A stretch of 64,000 nucleotides of DNA from a virus, in the IMG/VR virus record IMGVR_UViG_3300028008_000005, positions 1 to 64,000 of that record. One strand, 5' to 3'. Positions 46,051 through 55,193 of this stretch are shown here, in pieces; within the stretch, counting starts at the first letter, position 1; the number at the start of each line of letters is the position of its first letter. A program made the translations under genes and the position numbers. The notes beneath the pieces are model-generated. The model saw only the letters and a list, made by a program, of their open reading frames with translations, was not told the DNA's origin and did no database searches.

Positions 46051-46759
46051 CAACCAGCGCAATATGAAGACACTTAAGTTAAAGCTAGAAAATCTCCGAG
46101 AGCTGGAGCCAATAACAAAAAATCAAGAGAGGGTTTTTAAATCATATGAGGAAGGATTTAATCTTTGTTTATCTGGTTCAGCTGGATCTGGAAAGACTTT
46201 CTTGGCATTGTATCTTGCTCTAGAGGATGTGCTATCAAAGGAAACACCATATGAAAGGGTTGTTATTATTCGATCTGTAGTACCTACTCGCGACATCGGC
46301 TTTCTTCCTGGCAATGAAGATGAAAAGCTAGATGCCTATGCAGGACCTTATAAAGGTATTACCTCTGAGCTATTTGCGGACTCACAAGCCTGGGAAAAGC
46401 TGGGTAATCAAAGCCTAATTGAATTTACGTCTACCTCCTTTATTCGTGGTATAACTATTTCAAATGCTATTGTAGTGGTTGACGAAATGCAGAATCTTAA
46501 TTTCCACGAACTTGATTCTGTTATAACACGACTTGGCGAAGGCACAAAACTATTATTATGCGGAGACTATTACCAATCTGATTTTGATAAAGAAAGGGAT
46601 AGATCAGGCATTCTTAATTTCCTAAATATTGTTCAGAATATGAAGTACTTTGATCATATCGAATTTTCTTGGGAAGATATTGTTCGTAGCGGACTTGTTC
46701 GTGAGTATATTATGACTAAGGAGCAGATGGTAGAAGATGGCCAAGTTCAAAAGATTTGA
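46040..46759 (+). CDS. phoH: PhoH-like ATPase
   Basis: GSAGSGKTFLA, IGFLPG, FIRG.T, VDEMQN, TRLG, GD..QSD, DIVRSGLV. Confidence 0.93.
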   Translation: MSNSNQRNMKTLKLKLENLRELEPITKNQERVFKSYEEGFNLCLSGSAGSGKTFLALYLALEDVLSKETPYERVVIIRSVVPTRDIGFLPGNEDEKLDAYAGPYKGITSELFADSQAWEKLGNQSLIEFTSTSFIRGITISNAIVVVDEMQNLNFHELDSVITRLGEGTKLLLCGDYYQSDFDKERDRSGILNFLNIVQNMKYFDHIEFSWEDIVRSGLVREYIMTKEQMVEDGQVQKI

Positions 46760-46862
46760 TCCTAGAAATAAAAAGGCAAATAAAAGCAAATCTTCTACAA
46801 AGCAAGATACCGACAAGCGTAAGCAACGTATTGTCAAACAGGGGTATACAAACGATCCCTAA
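46737..46862 (+). CDS. Small basic protein (41 aa)
   Basis: Read manually: MAKFKRFDPRNKKANK... Confidence 0.5.
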   Translation: MAKFKRFDPRNKKANKSKSSTKQDTDKRKQRIVKQGYTNDP

Positions 46863-46899
46863 TGTGGTATAATATTTAATTATAATTGAAAAAGAGCTT

Positions 46900-47577
46900 A
46901 TGATGTTTCAACACGCTGACTTTAAACTAGACTATGATGACCTTACAGCTAAATCTGTTAAGAACGAACGTCGTTATGAAACCCCTGATGGTAAGTCCTA
47001 TCCTTCCGTTACTACAGTACTATCCATTCTTTCAGAAGACTTTATTCGAAAGTGGCGAAAAAGGGTAGGAGAAGATGAAGCAAATAAGGTTTCACATCGT
47101 GCATCTACACGCGGCACTGCAGTACATTCTATTATAGAAAAATACATCGACAACGATGAAAACTTCACAGAAGGTTTTATGCCTAATATTGTGGACAACT
47201 TTCTTGCTGTTCAAAAGGTACTAGATAATGGTATTGGCAAGGTATACTCTCAAGAAGCAGCTTTATATTCTCACCATCTAGGATTAGCAGGTCGTGTTGA
47301 CTGCGTTGCAGAATGGAATGGTAAGCTATCAATCATTGACTTTAAAACATCTAAAAAACTTAAAAAGAAGGAGTGGGTAGAGAACTACTTTATACAGGAA
47401 TCAGCATATGCTATTATGTGGGAAGAAAGAACTGGCATGCCTATTACCCAGCTAGTTACTATTATTGCAGTAGATAACGAAGAACCACAGGTGTTTATAG
47501 AACATCGTGACAATCACACAGAAAAGCTTTTAGCTACAATTAAAGAATATAATCGCCGTAAGATGTTCGGCAGATAA
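46900..47577 (+). CDS. PD-(D/E)XK exonuclease (RecB/Cas4-like)
   Basis: YPSVTTVL, RGTAVH, AGRVDC, IIDFKTS, YFIQ..AY. Confidence 0.88.
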   Translation: MMFQHADFKLDYDDLTAKSVKNERRYETPDGKSYPSVTTVLSILSEDFIRKWRKRVGEDEANKVSHRASTRGTAVHSIIEKYIDNDENFTEGFMPNIVDNFLAVQKVLDNGIGKVYSQEAALYSHHLGLAGRVDCVAEWNGKLSIIDFKTSKKLKKKEWVENYFIQESAYAIMWEERTGMPITQLVTIIAVDNEEPQVFIEHRDNHTEKLLATIKEYNRRKMFGR

Positions 47578-47586
47578 GGATTTAAC

Positions 47587-48171
47587 ATGGCAGAATTAAC
47601 AGATCTATTTAGGAATAAAGAGAGTTTTACTGATAAGCCATTAAGTAGAATGTCAGACTATTATCTGTCTGGCCATTTAGATCGTCCAGAGGAATACATT
47701 GAATGGTTTGATCAAATTCGAAATGCGGGTGCTAACGATGTTATTGTTTTGCACATTAATTGCTTCGGTGGAGATCTTTATACGGCAATCCAATTTATTC
47801 GTGTATTGCAAGAATGCCAAGGTATTGTTGTAGCATCTGTAGAAGGTGCTTGCATGTCAGCTGCGACAATGATCTTTCTACAAGCTGATGAGGTAGAGAT
47901 ATCAAATCACTCTGCGTTTATGTTCCACAACTACTCTGGCGGAACAATCGGCAAGGGCGGGGAAATGATCGATCAGTTAACCTACGAGAGATCATGGTCA
48001 GAGAAACTTCTTAAAGAGGTTTATGCTGACTTTCTAAATGAAAAAGAAATAGAATCAATTCTTAATGGTAAAGATCTTTGGATGTCATCAGATGAGGTTA
48101 CAAAGAGAATGGACAGTAAAGCTAAAAAGATTAATAAGGAAATTTCTAAGAAAAGTAAGGCTATAAAATAG
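47587..48171 (+). CDS. ClpP-like serine protease
   Basis: HINCFGGD, CMSAA (catalytic Ser), FMFH (catalytic His), DLWM. Confidence 0.8.
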   Translation: MAELTDLFRNKESFTDKPLSRMSDYYLSGHLDRPEEYIEWFDQIRNAGANDVIVLHINCFGGDLYTAIQFIRVLQECQGIVVASVEGACMSAATMIFLQADEVEISNHSAFMFHNYSGGTIGKGGEMIDQLTYERSWSEKLLKEVYADFLNEKEIESILNGKDLWMSSDEVTKRMDSKAKKINKEISKKSKAIK

Positions 48172-48179
48172 TATAAATA
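48172..48179 (+). promoter_or_regulatory. T4-type late promoter TATAAATA
   Basis: Exact consensus upstream of the kinase/lysozyme operon. Confidence 0.75.
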
Positions 48180-48207
48180 GTATTATATCAACTTGGTAGA
48201 GAATACT

Positions 48208-48876
48208 ATGCTATCTTTCAGCGATTATATTACCGAGGGTGTTAATGATCCTTCTATCTTTAAAGCTGTTTTCCTAGCCGGCGGACCAGGTTCTGGTAAG
48301 TCCTTTATGGTTGGGAAAACAGCTTTAACTGCTTTAGGCTTTAAGCTGATCAACTCTGATCCAGCATTTGAAGCTGCTCTTAAAAAAGCTGGCTTAACTA
48401 CTTCTGCAGACGATATTGCTTCTCCAAAAGGACAAGAACTCCGCGGCAAATCAAAGGTTTTGGTTGGTAAGCAATTAGATCTAGCCATTGATGGCAGGCT
48501 TGGATTAGTAATAGACGGTACAGGCAAAGACTTCGGTAAGATTAAACAGCAGGGAGATGCTCTAAGAGCTATCGGTTATTCTGTTGCTATGATCTTTGTT
48601 AATACTGATCTGGAAACTGCTCTTGCAAGAAACTCTAATCGAGATCGATCATTACCAGACGACATGGTAAGTAAGATGTGGAAAGATGTTCAGAATAACA
48701 TCGGCAAATTTTCTAATTACTTTGGTACTACCTTTATAGTTCTAGATAACTCTGATGGTTCTAATGCAGAAGGTGCAGCAATGGGAGCATATAAGAAGAT
48801 TAAAGCTTGGGCTAAGAAGACGCCTACAGAGAATCCGCGAGTTAAAAAATGGATTGATCGACAAAGAGGTTTATAA
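48208..48876 (+). CDS. P-loop kinase (zeta toxin/polynucleotide kinase-like) with capsid-targeting-like N-terminus
   Basis: MLSFSDYITEG; FLAGGPGSGKS, INSD, VIDGTG, ALARN..R.R. Confidence 0.8.
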   Translation: MLSFSDYITEGVNDPSIFKAVFLAGGPGSGKSFMVGKTALTALGFKLINSDPAFEAALKKAGLTTSADDIASPKGQELRGKSKVLVGKQLDLAIDGRLGLVIDGTGKDFGKIKQQGDALRAIGYSVAMIFVNTDLETALARNSNRDRSLPDDMVSKMWKDVQNNIGKFSNYFGTTFIVLDNSDGSNAEGAAMGAYKKIKAWAKKTPTENPRVKKWIDRQRGL

Positions 48877-49136
48877 TGGACGATATATTTGATTTTGGTT
48901 TTACCGCCGTAGACGAAGCAGAACTTGAAGCAGTACAACAAGCATCCTCACAGCTGCAACAAACTTCCTCAGATGTGCAAGTCCTACAGGCTAAGATAGA
49001 TAAGCTATATAATTCTATTACGCCGCTTTTAACAAACCTAAAGAATAACCCAGAAAAAGAGTACATCCTCTGGCCGAAAAGACTAGAAAAAGTTGAGCAG
49101 TTTGAAACACATTTGCAAAAAATATATATGGAATGA
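48876..49136 (+). CDS. Conserved hypothetical protein
   Basis: FDFGFTAVDE...PLL.NL..NPEKEYI.WP.R. Confidence 0.7.
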   Translation: MDDIFDFGFTAVDEAELEAVQQASSQLQQTSSDVQVLQAKIDKLYNSITPLLTNLKNNPEKEYILWPKRLEKVEQFETHLQKIYME

Positions 49137-49402
49137 TTATGACTAATCAGTGGCATGGTGGTAAAGGCGATAAAGTACGTAAGGTAAATCAAGCTAAATT
49201 TGATTCTAACTGGGATGCTATTTTTGGAAAGAAAGAAGATAAAAACTTTAAAAGAACCCAGCAAGACCTAACAGAATTAAATGGAGATGGTAATCGTCAA
49301 CGAGGTCATTACGGTGAAGACGAAAGCAACCCCGATGAAGATAAAGATCTTAAGTTTATGACAGCTAAAGACTATGTTAGTGGAACAGATAAAGATGAAT
49401 AG
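49133..49402 (+). CDS. Hypothetical protein
   Basis: WHGGKG...NWDAIF. Confidence 0.6.
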   Translation: MIMTNQWHGGKGDKVRKVNQAKFDSNWDAIFGKKEDKNFKRTQQDLTELNGDGNRQRGHYGEDESNPDEDKDLKFMTAKDYVSGTDKDE

Positions 49403-49856
49403 AGAAGCTGTCTACGAACAACTAAAAATTGATGAGGGAGTAGTATATGACATCTATCTCGACCATCTCGGCTATCCAACCTTCGGAGTTGGTCATCTTA
49501 TCCGAGAAAGTGATGAGGAATTCGGCAGGGGAGTTGGTACTGGAGTCAGTGAAGAACGAGTCAGGGCGTGTTTCGAACGTGACCTTGACATTGCAATCAG
49601 CGAATGCTGCACTCTATACGGCGAAGGGAGCTTTGGAGCATATCGAGATGAGGTCCAGCAGGTTCTGGTCAACATGATGTTTAACATGGGCCGACCGAGA
49701 CTCAGTAAATTTAAGAAATTCAATGCTGCTATTGCTAAAGGTGATTGGTTAGAAGCAGCAAAGGAAGGTAGAGACTCACGGTGGTATAATCAAGTTACTA
49801 ATCGTGCAGAAAGATTAATGATAAAACTTGAAATTTTAGAGAGTTTAGATAGATAA
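49395..49856 (+). CDS. T4-type lysozyme (GH24 endolysin)
   Basis: Catalytic E-x8-D-x5-T (DEGVVYDIYLDHLGYPTFGVGH), NMMFNMG, DSRWY.Q...RA.RL. Confidence 0.9.
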   Translation: MNREAVYEQLKIDEGVVYDIYLDHLGYPTFGVGHLIRESDEEFGRGVGTGVSEERVRACFERDLDIAISECCTLYGEGSFGAYRDEVQQVLVNMMFNMGRPRLSKFKKFNAAIAKGDWLEAAKEGRDSRWYNQVTNRAERLMIKLEILESLDR

Positions 49857-49872
49857 TAATTGGAGAATAATA

Positions 49873-50352
49873 ATGGCTAAATTTAATAGATTGCTTGACG
49901 CAGACTTTCAACCACCAAGGACTTGGATTCTTGATCTATCTCTATCTTATGATTCAGATTGTCTAAGCGAAAACGAAGCGAGTTCGCTTAAAGCAGTTGG
50001 TGTAAAAATTAACAAGAATATGAAGATTACCGTACCAAAGAAGTTTAAGACTGATTTGGCCTCTGTTCCCCGTTTCGGATGGATTTTTGTTGCCCCTTTT
50101 GATATTGCCAGAGCAGGTGTAGTACATGATTATATGTATTATTGCATTCGACAATATCGATCTAGTATGGATGAAGCTGGCATTCCAGAAGATCCTTATT
50201 TAATCTCAGAAGCCAAAACTGTTGCTGATAAGGTATTTAAAGAAGCAATGGACGTTTCAGCAGATCATGTTTCTGGCTGGAAAAAATGGGTAGCTTGGAA
50301 AACAGTATCATTGTTTGGATGGAGCTCAATTGTTCCAAGAGACGAACTATAG
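49873..50352 (+). CDS. DUF1353-family protein
   Basis: ITVP..F.TDLASVP, A.VVHDY.Y, AD.VF.EAM. Confidence 0.8.
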   Translation: MAKFNRLLDADFQPPRTWILDLSLSYDSDCLSENEASSLKAVGVKINKNMKITVPKKFKTDLASVPRFGWIFVAPFDIARAGVVHDYMYYCIRQYRSSMDEAGIPEDPYLISEAKTVADKVFKEAMDVSADHVSGWKKWVAWKTVSLFGWSSIVPRDEL

Positions 50353-50669
50353 TGTGGATACTGCTAATTAGAGCAGCCATTACCGGCATATTTGGTTCTG
50401 CATTTGGTAAATGGTTTCTTTCTACCCGCATGGGAATGTGGTTTCAAAAGAAACTAAATGCCTTTATGGAATATCTTGCAGTCAAGTATGATATACAGAT
50501 TGCTAAGAAAGAAGCTAAATGGCGTTCTGATTACCCTCTTTTAGCAGAAAGAATTGATAAGCTTGAAGCTTGGACGCATCCTCCAGTAGCACCCGGTGGA
50601 GCAACAGAATTAGTTAAAGAGATAGAAACTCTAAAAAAAGAAATAGATTTATTAAAACGAAAGAAATAA
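50352..50669 (+). CDS. Hypothetical membrane-associated protein
   Basis: Hydrophobic N-terminus from GTG 50352. Confidence 0.55.
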   Translation: MWILLIRAAITGIFGSAFGKWFLSTRMGMWFQKKLNAFMEYLAVKYDIQIAKKEAKWRSDYPLLAERIDKLEAWTHPPVAPGGATELVKEIETLKKEIDLLKRKK

Positions 50670-50680
50670 AGGAGGATGTT

Positions 50681-51976
50681 ATGAGAAAGTTACTTACAAT
50701 GATTACATTTTTTCTTGTTGGCTTTGTTGCTGGCGGAGTTAATGGTCAAACATATACAGAAGAAGTAGCAAGCATTATTAACGAAAACTGCGTGGTCTGT
50801 CACAGAGCAGGCGGCATTGGACCTATGAGCTTTGAAACATATGAGCAAGTAAGACCATGGGCACCACTTATCCAAATGAGAGTGGCTAACCGTGAAATGC
50901 CTCCCTATGCATACGATCATGGAATTGGTATTCAAGACTTGCAAGGTGACTGGCGACTATCACAGGATGACATAGACACTGTTGTTGCGTGGGTCAATGA
51001 AGGATCTCAATACGGCAATCCAGACACAGTATTACAGTCAGTTGACCTAGGCGATCCAGAAGCATGGAGCTTCGAAGGAGACTTTGGAGTACCAGATGCA
51101 ATCATACCAAGTGTAGCAATCGATATTCCGGCAAACGGTAACGACCTATGGCATAAGCATTTAGTACCTACAGGCCTTACTGAAGATCGCTGCATTAAAG
51201 CAGTACAGGTAAAGCCTCGTGGTGATGCAAAAGCAGTAGTGCATCACGCTAACTCCAATGTTGTTATTGACGGAGGTCGTGAAGGTATGCTCACGGAGTA
51301 TGCTATGGGAAAGTGGGGAGAGATCGTCCCAGAGGGAGTATGCAGGCTACTTCCAGGAAACGCAGAAATCAGATGGGATATTCACATGTTCCCGGGTGGA
51401 CTTGGAGCAATGGCACCCGGATCAGTTATCAAAGACAACGTGGTAGAGATTGGTCTTTGGTTATATACCGAAGAGGAAAGCCAAGGATTGAAATACAAAC
51501 AAGATTTGAGTCTGTATCGCCTAGGCAACCAGGACGATATTACGATACCCCCAAATGGTTACTACATGACTCAAGGTTTACACAGTTTTGATCATCCAGT
51601 TAGACTAGATAGTTTTCAACCACATGGACACTTGCGTATGAACGCAGCAAGTTTGGAAATATTCTATCCAGAGACAGGACGCACAGAACAGATTAGCCAA
51701 GTAAGTAATTGGAGTGCAACATGGCATCACAGTCATTTATATGACCCAGATGTAGCACCACTCTTACCAGCAGGCGCAGTGATTGTTCTGAAGCAATGGT
51801 ACGATAACACATCAGACAATCCAAATAACCCAGATCCAGATATGTGGGTAATGGGTGGCTCAAGAACAGGCGATGAGATGACGCACGCGTGGCTTGCTAT
51901 TACGCATCTAGATGACGAAGGATATAATAGGCTAAAAGATGAAAGAAATGAAAGAGTTGAGCTTGCTAATAGATAA
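50681..51976 (+). CDS. Secreted cytochrome c / copper type II (PHM/DBM-like) monooxygenase, paralog 1
   Basis: Signal peptide; heme motif CVVCH with MPP; CuH ligands VVHH and DIH; CuM ligands PHGH and DEM. Confidence 0.8.
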   Translation: MRKLLTMITFFLVGFVAGGVNGQTYTEEVASIINENCVVCHRAGGIGPMSFETYEQVRPWAPLIQMRVANREMPPYAYDHGIGIQDLQGDWRLSQDDIDTVVAWVNEGSQYGNPDTVLQSVDLGDPEAWSFEGDFGVPDAIIPSVAIDIPANGNDLWHKHLVPTGLTEDRCIKAVQVKPRGDAKAVVHHANSNVVIDGGREGMLTEYAMGKWGEIVPEGVCRLLPGNAEIRWDIHMFPGGLGAMAPGSVIKDNVVEIGLWLYTEEESQGLKYKQDLSLYRLGNQDDITIPPNGYYMTQGLHSFDHPVRLDSFQPHGHLRMNAASLEIFYPETGRTEQISQVSNWSATWHHSHLYDPDVAPLLPAGAVIVLKQWYDNTSDNPNNPDPDMWVMGGSRTGDEMTHAWLAITHLDDEGYNRLKDERNERVELANR

Positions 51977-52089
51977 TCGCAATAGGTTAGATATAGATAG
52001 GGATTGGGAAGAATACCAAGAACTAACTGAAGAGATCCAACTTTTACAAAATGATTTAGTAACACTATCAATTATGGGAGAAGATTTAA

Positions 52090-53334
52090 ATGAATAAAAT
52101 AAACGCTGCGGCAGGAACATTAGGTGTTCTATTGCTAATGCTTGGACTTAGAGCAGAAGCGCATGACGATGTAAAGATCGACTACGCAGAGAACGTAGCC
52201 CCTATCTTTGTAGAACAATGTCAAAGCTGCCACCGTGAAGGTGGTATTGCACCGTGGGCAATGAGTGACTTTAGAATGTTGCAAGCATTCGCCCCTGCAA
52301 TCCGTGAAGCAGTTACAACATTAGAAATGCCACCCGGGCAGATTGATCGCAAATATGCAAAGGATATTATCAATCATCGCACACTCAGTCATACAGAAAT
52401 GGAGACTATTGTACAGTGGATTGATGCAGGCGCTCCTGTCGAAGGTGACAGAGATCCGCTAACAGAAACTGTATACTCAACATCAGAGTGGGTACACGGT
52501 GAGCCTGATATGATTGTCTATGTACCAGCACAAGAAATTCCTGCTGGTCCTTCTGCGATTCCATATCGTTATGTTGGTGTAGACTTAGGACTAACTGAAG
52601 ACAAATGGCTTCGTGGTTCAGAGTTTTTGCCTTCAGAGCCTACAGTAATGCATCACATGCTAAACTCAGTAAGTGTACCGGGAGAGCGTAATGGCAACAT
52701 CTTAGGCACACAAGGTGGCGGACAAGAAGAAATGAACTACGCTAGTGTGAGTGCATATGTACCAGGAGGCGATCCAGAATTTTATGACGAGAACACTGGT
52801 GGTTTGTTAAGAGCAGGTTCAACAGTAAACTTACAGTTACACTACACACCAGACGGCAGAGCAAGAACTGACGAAGCAAGAATTGGTTTGTACTTTCACG
52901 ATGAAGGTGTAGTACCAGAAGAGAGAATGGCAGGCGACTGTGCTTGTATCTTCCCTAACAACTGGACAACTATCCCTGCATTTGATCCTAACTTTGTACA
53001 AACAGCAGAAGTAGTTCTAAAGCAAGATGTAATGCTGCACACATTCTTACCACACATGCACTTCCGTGGCAAGAGTATGAAAGCAACTGCATTCTATCCA
53101 GACGGCACTGTAGAAGAACTAATTGATGTACCAAGATATGAATATGCTTGGCAACTATCATACACGTGGAGAGAGCCTAAGTTCTTACCTGTAGGTACAA
53201 GACTGTTTGTAGAGGGAGCATTTGACAACTCAGCAGAGAATAAAATGAATCCCGATCCTAGCAGAGACGTACCGTGGGGTCAGATGAGCGAAGATGAAAT
53301 GTTCTTTGGAGCATTTACTTGGAAAAACCTATAA
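52090..53334 (+). CDS. Secreted cytochrome c / copper type II monooxygenase, paralog 2
   Basis: Signal peptide; CQSCH with MPP; VMHH, QLHY, PHMH, DEM. Confidence 0.82.
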   Translation: MNKINAAAGTLGVLLLMLGLRAEAHDDVKIDYAENVAPIFVEQCQSCHREGGIAPWAMSDFRMLQAFAPAIREAVTTLEMPPGQIDRKYAKDIINHRTLSHTEMETIVQWIDAGAPVEGDRDPLTETVYSTSEWVHGEPDMIVYVPAQEIPAGPSAIPYRYVGVDLGLTEDKWLRGSEFLPSEPTVMHHMLNSVSVPGERNGNILGTQGGGQEEMNYASVSAYVPGGDPEFYDENTGGLLRAGSTVNLQLHYTPDGRARTDEARIGLYFHDEGVVPEERMAGDCACIFPNNWTTIPAFDPNFVQTAEVVLKQDVMLHTFLPHMHFRGKSMKATAFYPDGTVEELIDVPRYEYAWQLSYTWREPKFLPVGTRLFVEGAFDNSAENKMNPDPSRDVPWGQMSEDEMFFGAFTWKNL

Positions 53335-53344
53335 GGGGACTAAT

Positions 53345-53416
53345 ATGTGGACTAAACCAGCTTATGAAAATATAAGACTTGGATTTGAAATCACTATGTA
53401 TTTTAGTGTTAGATAA
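53345..53416 (+). CDS. pqqA: Pyrroloquinoline quinone precursor peptide PqqA
   Basis: Read manually: [23 protein letters not shown] (23 aa) with Glu15-x3-Tyr19; AAGGGGA RBS; matches the gammaproteobacterial PqqA pattern MW.KP.Y...R.GFE.TMYF..R. Confidence 0.92.
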   Translation: MWTKPAYENIRLGFEITMYFSVR

Positions 53417-53445
53417 TCTATAACTTGTCAAACTAGGAAAAATAA

Positions 53446-53775
53446 ATGTCAGAAGCAGAAATAAAAAAATCTGGTCATCATCCTGCCGATACAAATGGTG
53501 ATGGTAAAGTAAGCCCTAAAGAACAAGATATGTACATGGAATTTAGGCGTAAAGAGCTTGAAGACCAAGATGCAATGCGGGATGCACAAAGGAAGATGGC
53601 ATGGTTTGCTTTAGGTGGTATGCTTCTTTATCCTTTTGCAGTTGTAGTCGCATCCATTGCAGGATTAGACCAAGCTCAGGCAACTCTCGGTGATATGGCA
53701 CCTACATATTTTGTTGCTGTTGCTGGTATTGTTGCTGCCTTTTTTGGGGCTCAGGCATTTGCTAAGAAACCATAA
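53446..53775 (+). CDS. Two-TM membrane protein with EF-hand-like loop (holin-like)
   Basis: DTNGDGKVSPKE EF-hand loop; two hydrophobic helices; AAFFGAQA. Confidence 0.65.
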   Translation: MSEAEIKKSGHHPADTNGDGKVSPKEQDMYMEFRRKELEDQDAMRDAQRKMAWFALGGMLLYPFAVVVASIAGLDQAQATLGDMAPTYFVAVAGIVAAFFGAQAFAKKP

Positions 53776-53779
53776 TAAG

Positions 53780-53820
53780 ATTAATACGGGTAGATTTGCC
53801 TTGAATCTACCCGTATTAAT
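53780..53820. terminator. Perfect 17 bp inverted repeat between convergent operons (bidirectional terminator)
   Basis: ATTAATACGGGTAGATT-TGCCTTG-AATCTACCCGTATTAAT. Confidence 0.75.
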
Positions 53821-53850
53821 AATTAACGGGTGATTTTCTTATGTTTTTCC

Positions 53851-54327
53851 CTAAGGGGTGTTAGACACTAGTAAGCCAATCATAACCGCGATTATCATAG
53901 TTCCTATTATACAAACTGCCCCTATAGTAATTACATCGGACCAGAACTTTTTATTTTCTGCTTCCGCCTTTGCTTTCGCTGCTCGTGCATTCATAATTCT
54001 TCTACGCTCCGCCATCATATCTTCATAAAATGCACCCTGTCCTGACCATATCAAATATTCTCGCAATTCTTTTTCAAGTTGCATGATTTTATGTTTTGCG
54101 GCTGTTGCTTCAAGTGCTTGTGCTTCGACACTAGTACCAGAAAGAAGTTTAGATGCAATTGGCGCATTTTGACTCAGATGGTTGGCTTTAATAATATTAT
54201 CTTTGGCATCAAAAAACTTGCCAAACATCTGCGCCATGTCTTGCGCTTCTTTTCCGGCATCCATTGCCTTTCTAATGGTTTTATAGGCACCGTTTGCTAT
54301 AGAGACTGCTGCTGCGATTTCTATCAT
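53851..54327 (-). CDS. Hypothetical protein with C-terminal TM helix
   Basis: Helical body and hydrophobic C-terminus; late promoter on the minus strand at 54412-54419. Confidence 0.7.
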   Translation of the reverse strand: MIEIAAAVSIANGAYKTIRKAMDAGKEAQDMAQMFGKFFDAKDNIIKANHLSQNAPIASKLLSGTSVEAQALEATAAKHKIMQLEKELREYLIWSGQGAFYEDMMAERRRIMNARAAKAKAEAENKKFWSDVITIGAVCIIGTMIIAVMIGLLVSNTP

Positions 54328-54422
54328 AAACGATCCATTTGAACTGATAGCATAACAAAGAGATATAGGCGTTTCATTTGCTACTCCCTTATAAGGTAAG
54401 AACTATATCTTTATTTATATAA

Positions 54423-54926
54423 TTACTCTGAGTCGTTCAGGGGGTTATCGAGTATACGCTCGATTTTATCTTCTAGTTCATCACGCATTTCTCGCAACTC
54501 TTCATCTAGATCTCTCAGACGATCATTTAACTCTGTCTCCATACCATAAACATCGTTGCGTAAGTCTCTTTGTGTCTCATTTGTAGACTCGTCAATTGTT
54601 CTTACGAATGTATCCATCTCGTCTACGTCTTCACGAACACGGTCTATGTCTTCTGCTATACTTTCAAATAAGGTTGTTACAGTATTAAACTGCTGAGATA
54701 TATCTTCTTGCAGCGAACCGACTGTCTCTGCCTGTACTGCTAACTGCTGATTAATACCAGACATATCAGGAGCAACATATTCTGTTACCGCTTGTTCTGC
54801 ATCGAGCAATCTCTGATACAGTTCAAAGCCTCCCCACATGCCACCAAGTATAGTGCCTAGTAATGGGATAAGAATTAGTGCCTTTCCGCCTGATACTTTC
54901 ATTTGTCCTATTTCTACTTCAGCCAT
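54423..54926 (-). CDS. Membrane-anchored coiled-coil protein
   Basis: N-terminal TM helix, acidic heptad repeats, C-terminal LDNPL. Confidence 0.7.
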   Translation of the reverse strand: MAEVEIGQMKVSGGKALILIPLLGTILGGMWGGFELYQRLLDAEQAVTEYVAPDMSGINQQLAVQAETVGSLQEDISQQFNTVTTLFESIAEDIDRVREDVDEMDTFVRTIDESTNETQRDLRNDVYGMETELNDRLRDLDEELREMRDELEDKIERILDNPLNDSE

Positions 54927-55191
54927 TTGAAAATTTCCTTTGAATCCATTTAAATGTGTAGTAAATTGTAAGACCGTAACAAGCCAATACGCTCATAGGC
55001 ATCGCTATGTATATTAGCTCCCACGGGGATAAGAATAATATTTCCCATGTAAAGTTTGCTACTGCTTCAGCATCGCCTATAGGATGTTTAGGTATAAAGG
55101 CTTCTGCATCGTCAAATTCAACGTAGTTATGGAACTCTATCCATTCGTTATTTGTAAAACATATTTCAAATTCTTCTGGACACTCTGTCAT
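54919..55191 (-). CDS. Small membrane protein
   Basis: Hydrophobic C-terminal half; overlaps neighbour. Confidence 0.55.
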   Translation of the reverse strand: MTECPEEFEICFTNNEWIEFHNYVEFDDAEAFIPKHPIGDAEAVANFTWEILFLSPWELIYIAMPMSVLACYGLTIYYTFKWIQRKFSNG

Positions 55192-55193
55192 AA

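Noticed and set aside
46900-47577. Cas4 / CRISPR system
   Set aside because: No Fe-S cysteine set, no other cas genes and no repeat-spacer array seen; ordinary phage PD-(D/E)XK exonuclease.
48208-48876. Zeta toxin-antitoxin module
   Set aside because: No epsilon-like antitoxin upstream; the late promoter and leader fit a virion-associated kinase better.
51948-52097. 49 aa acidic ORF bridging the two monooxygenase genes
   Set aside because: Overlaps both neighbours, weak RBS, no motif; cannot be supported without homologs.
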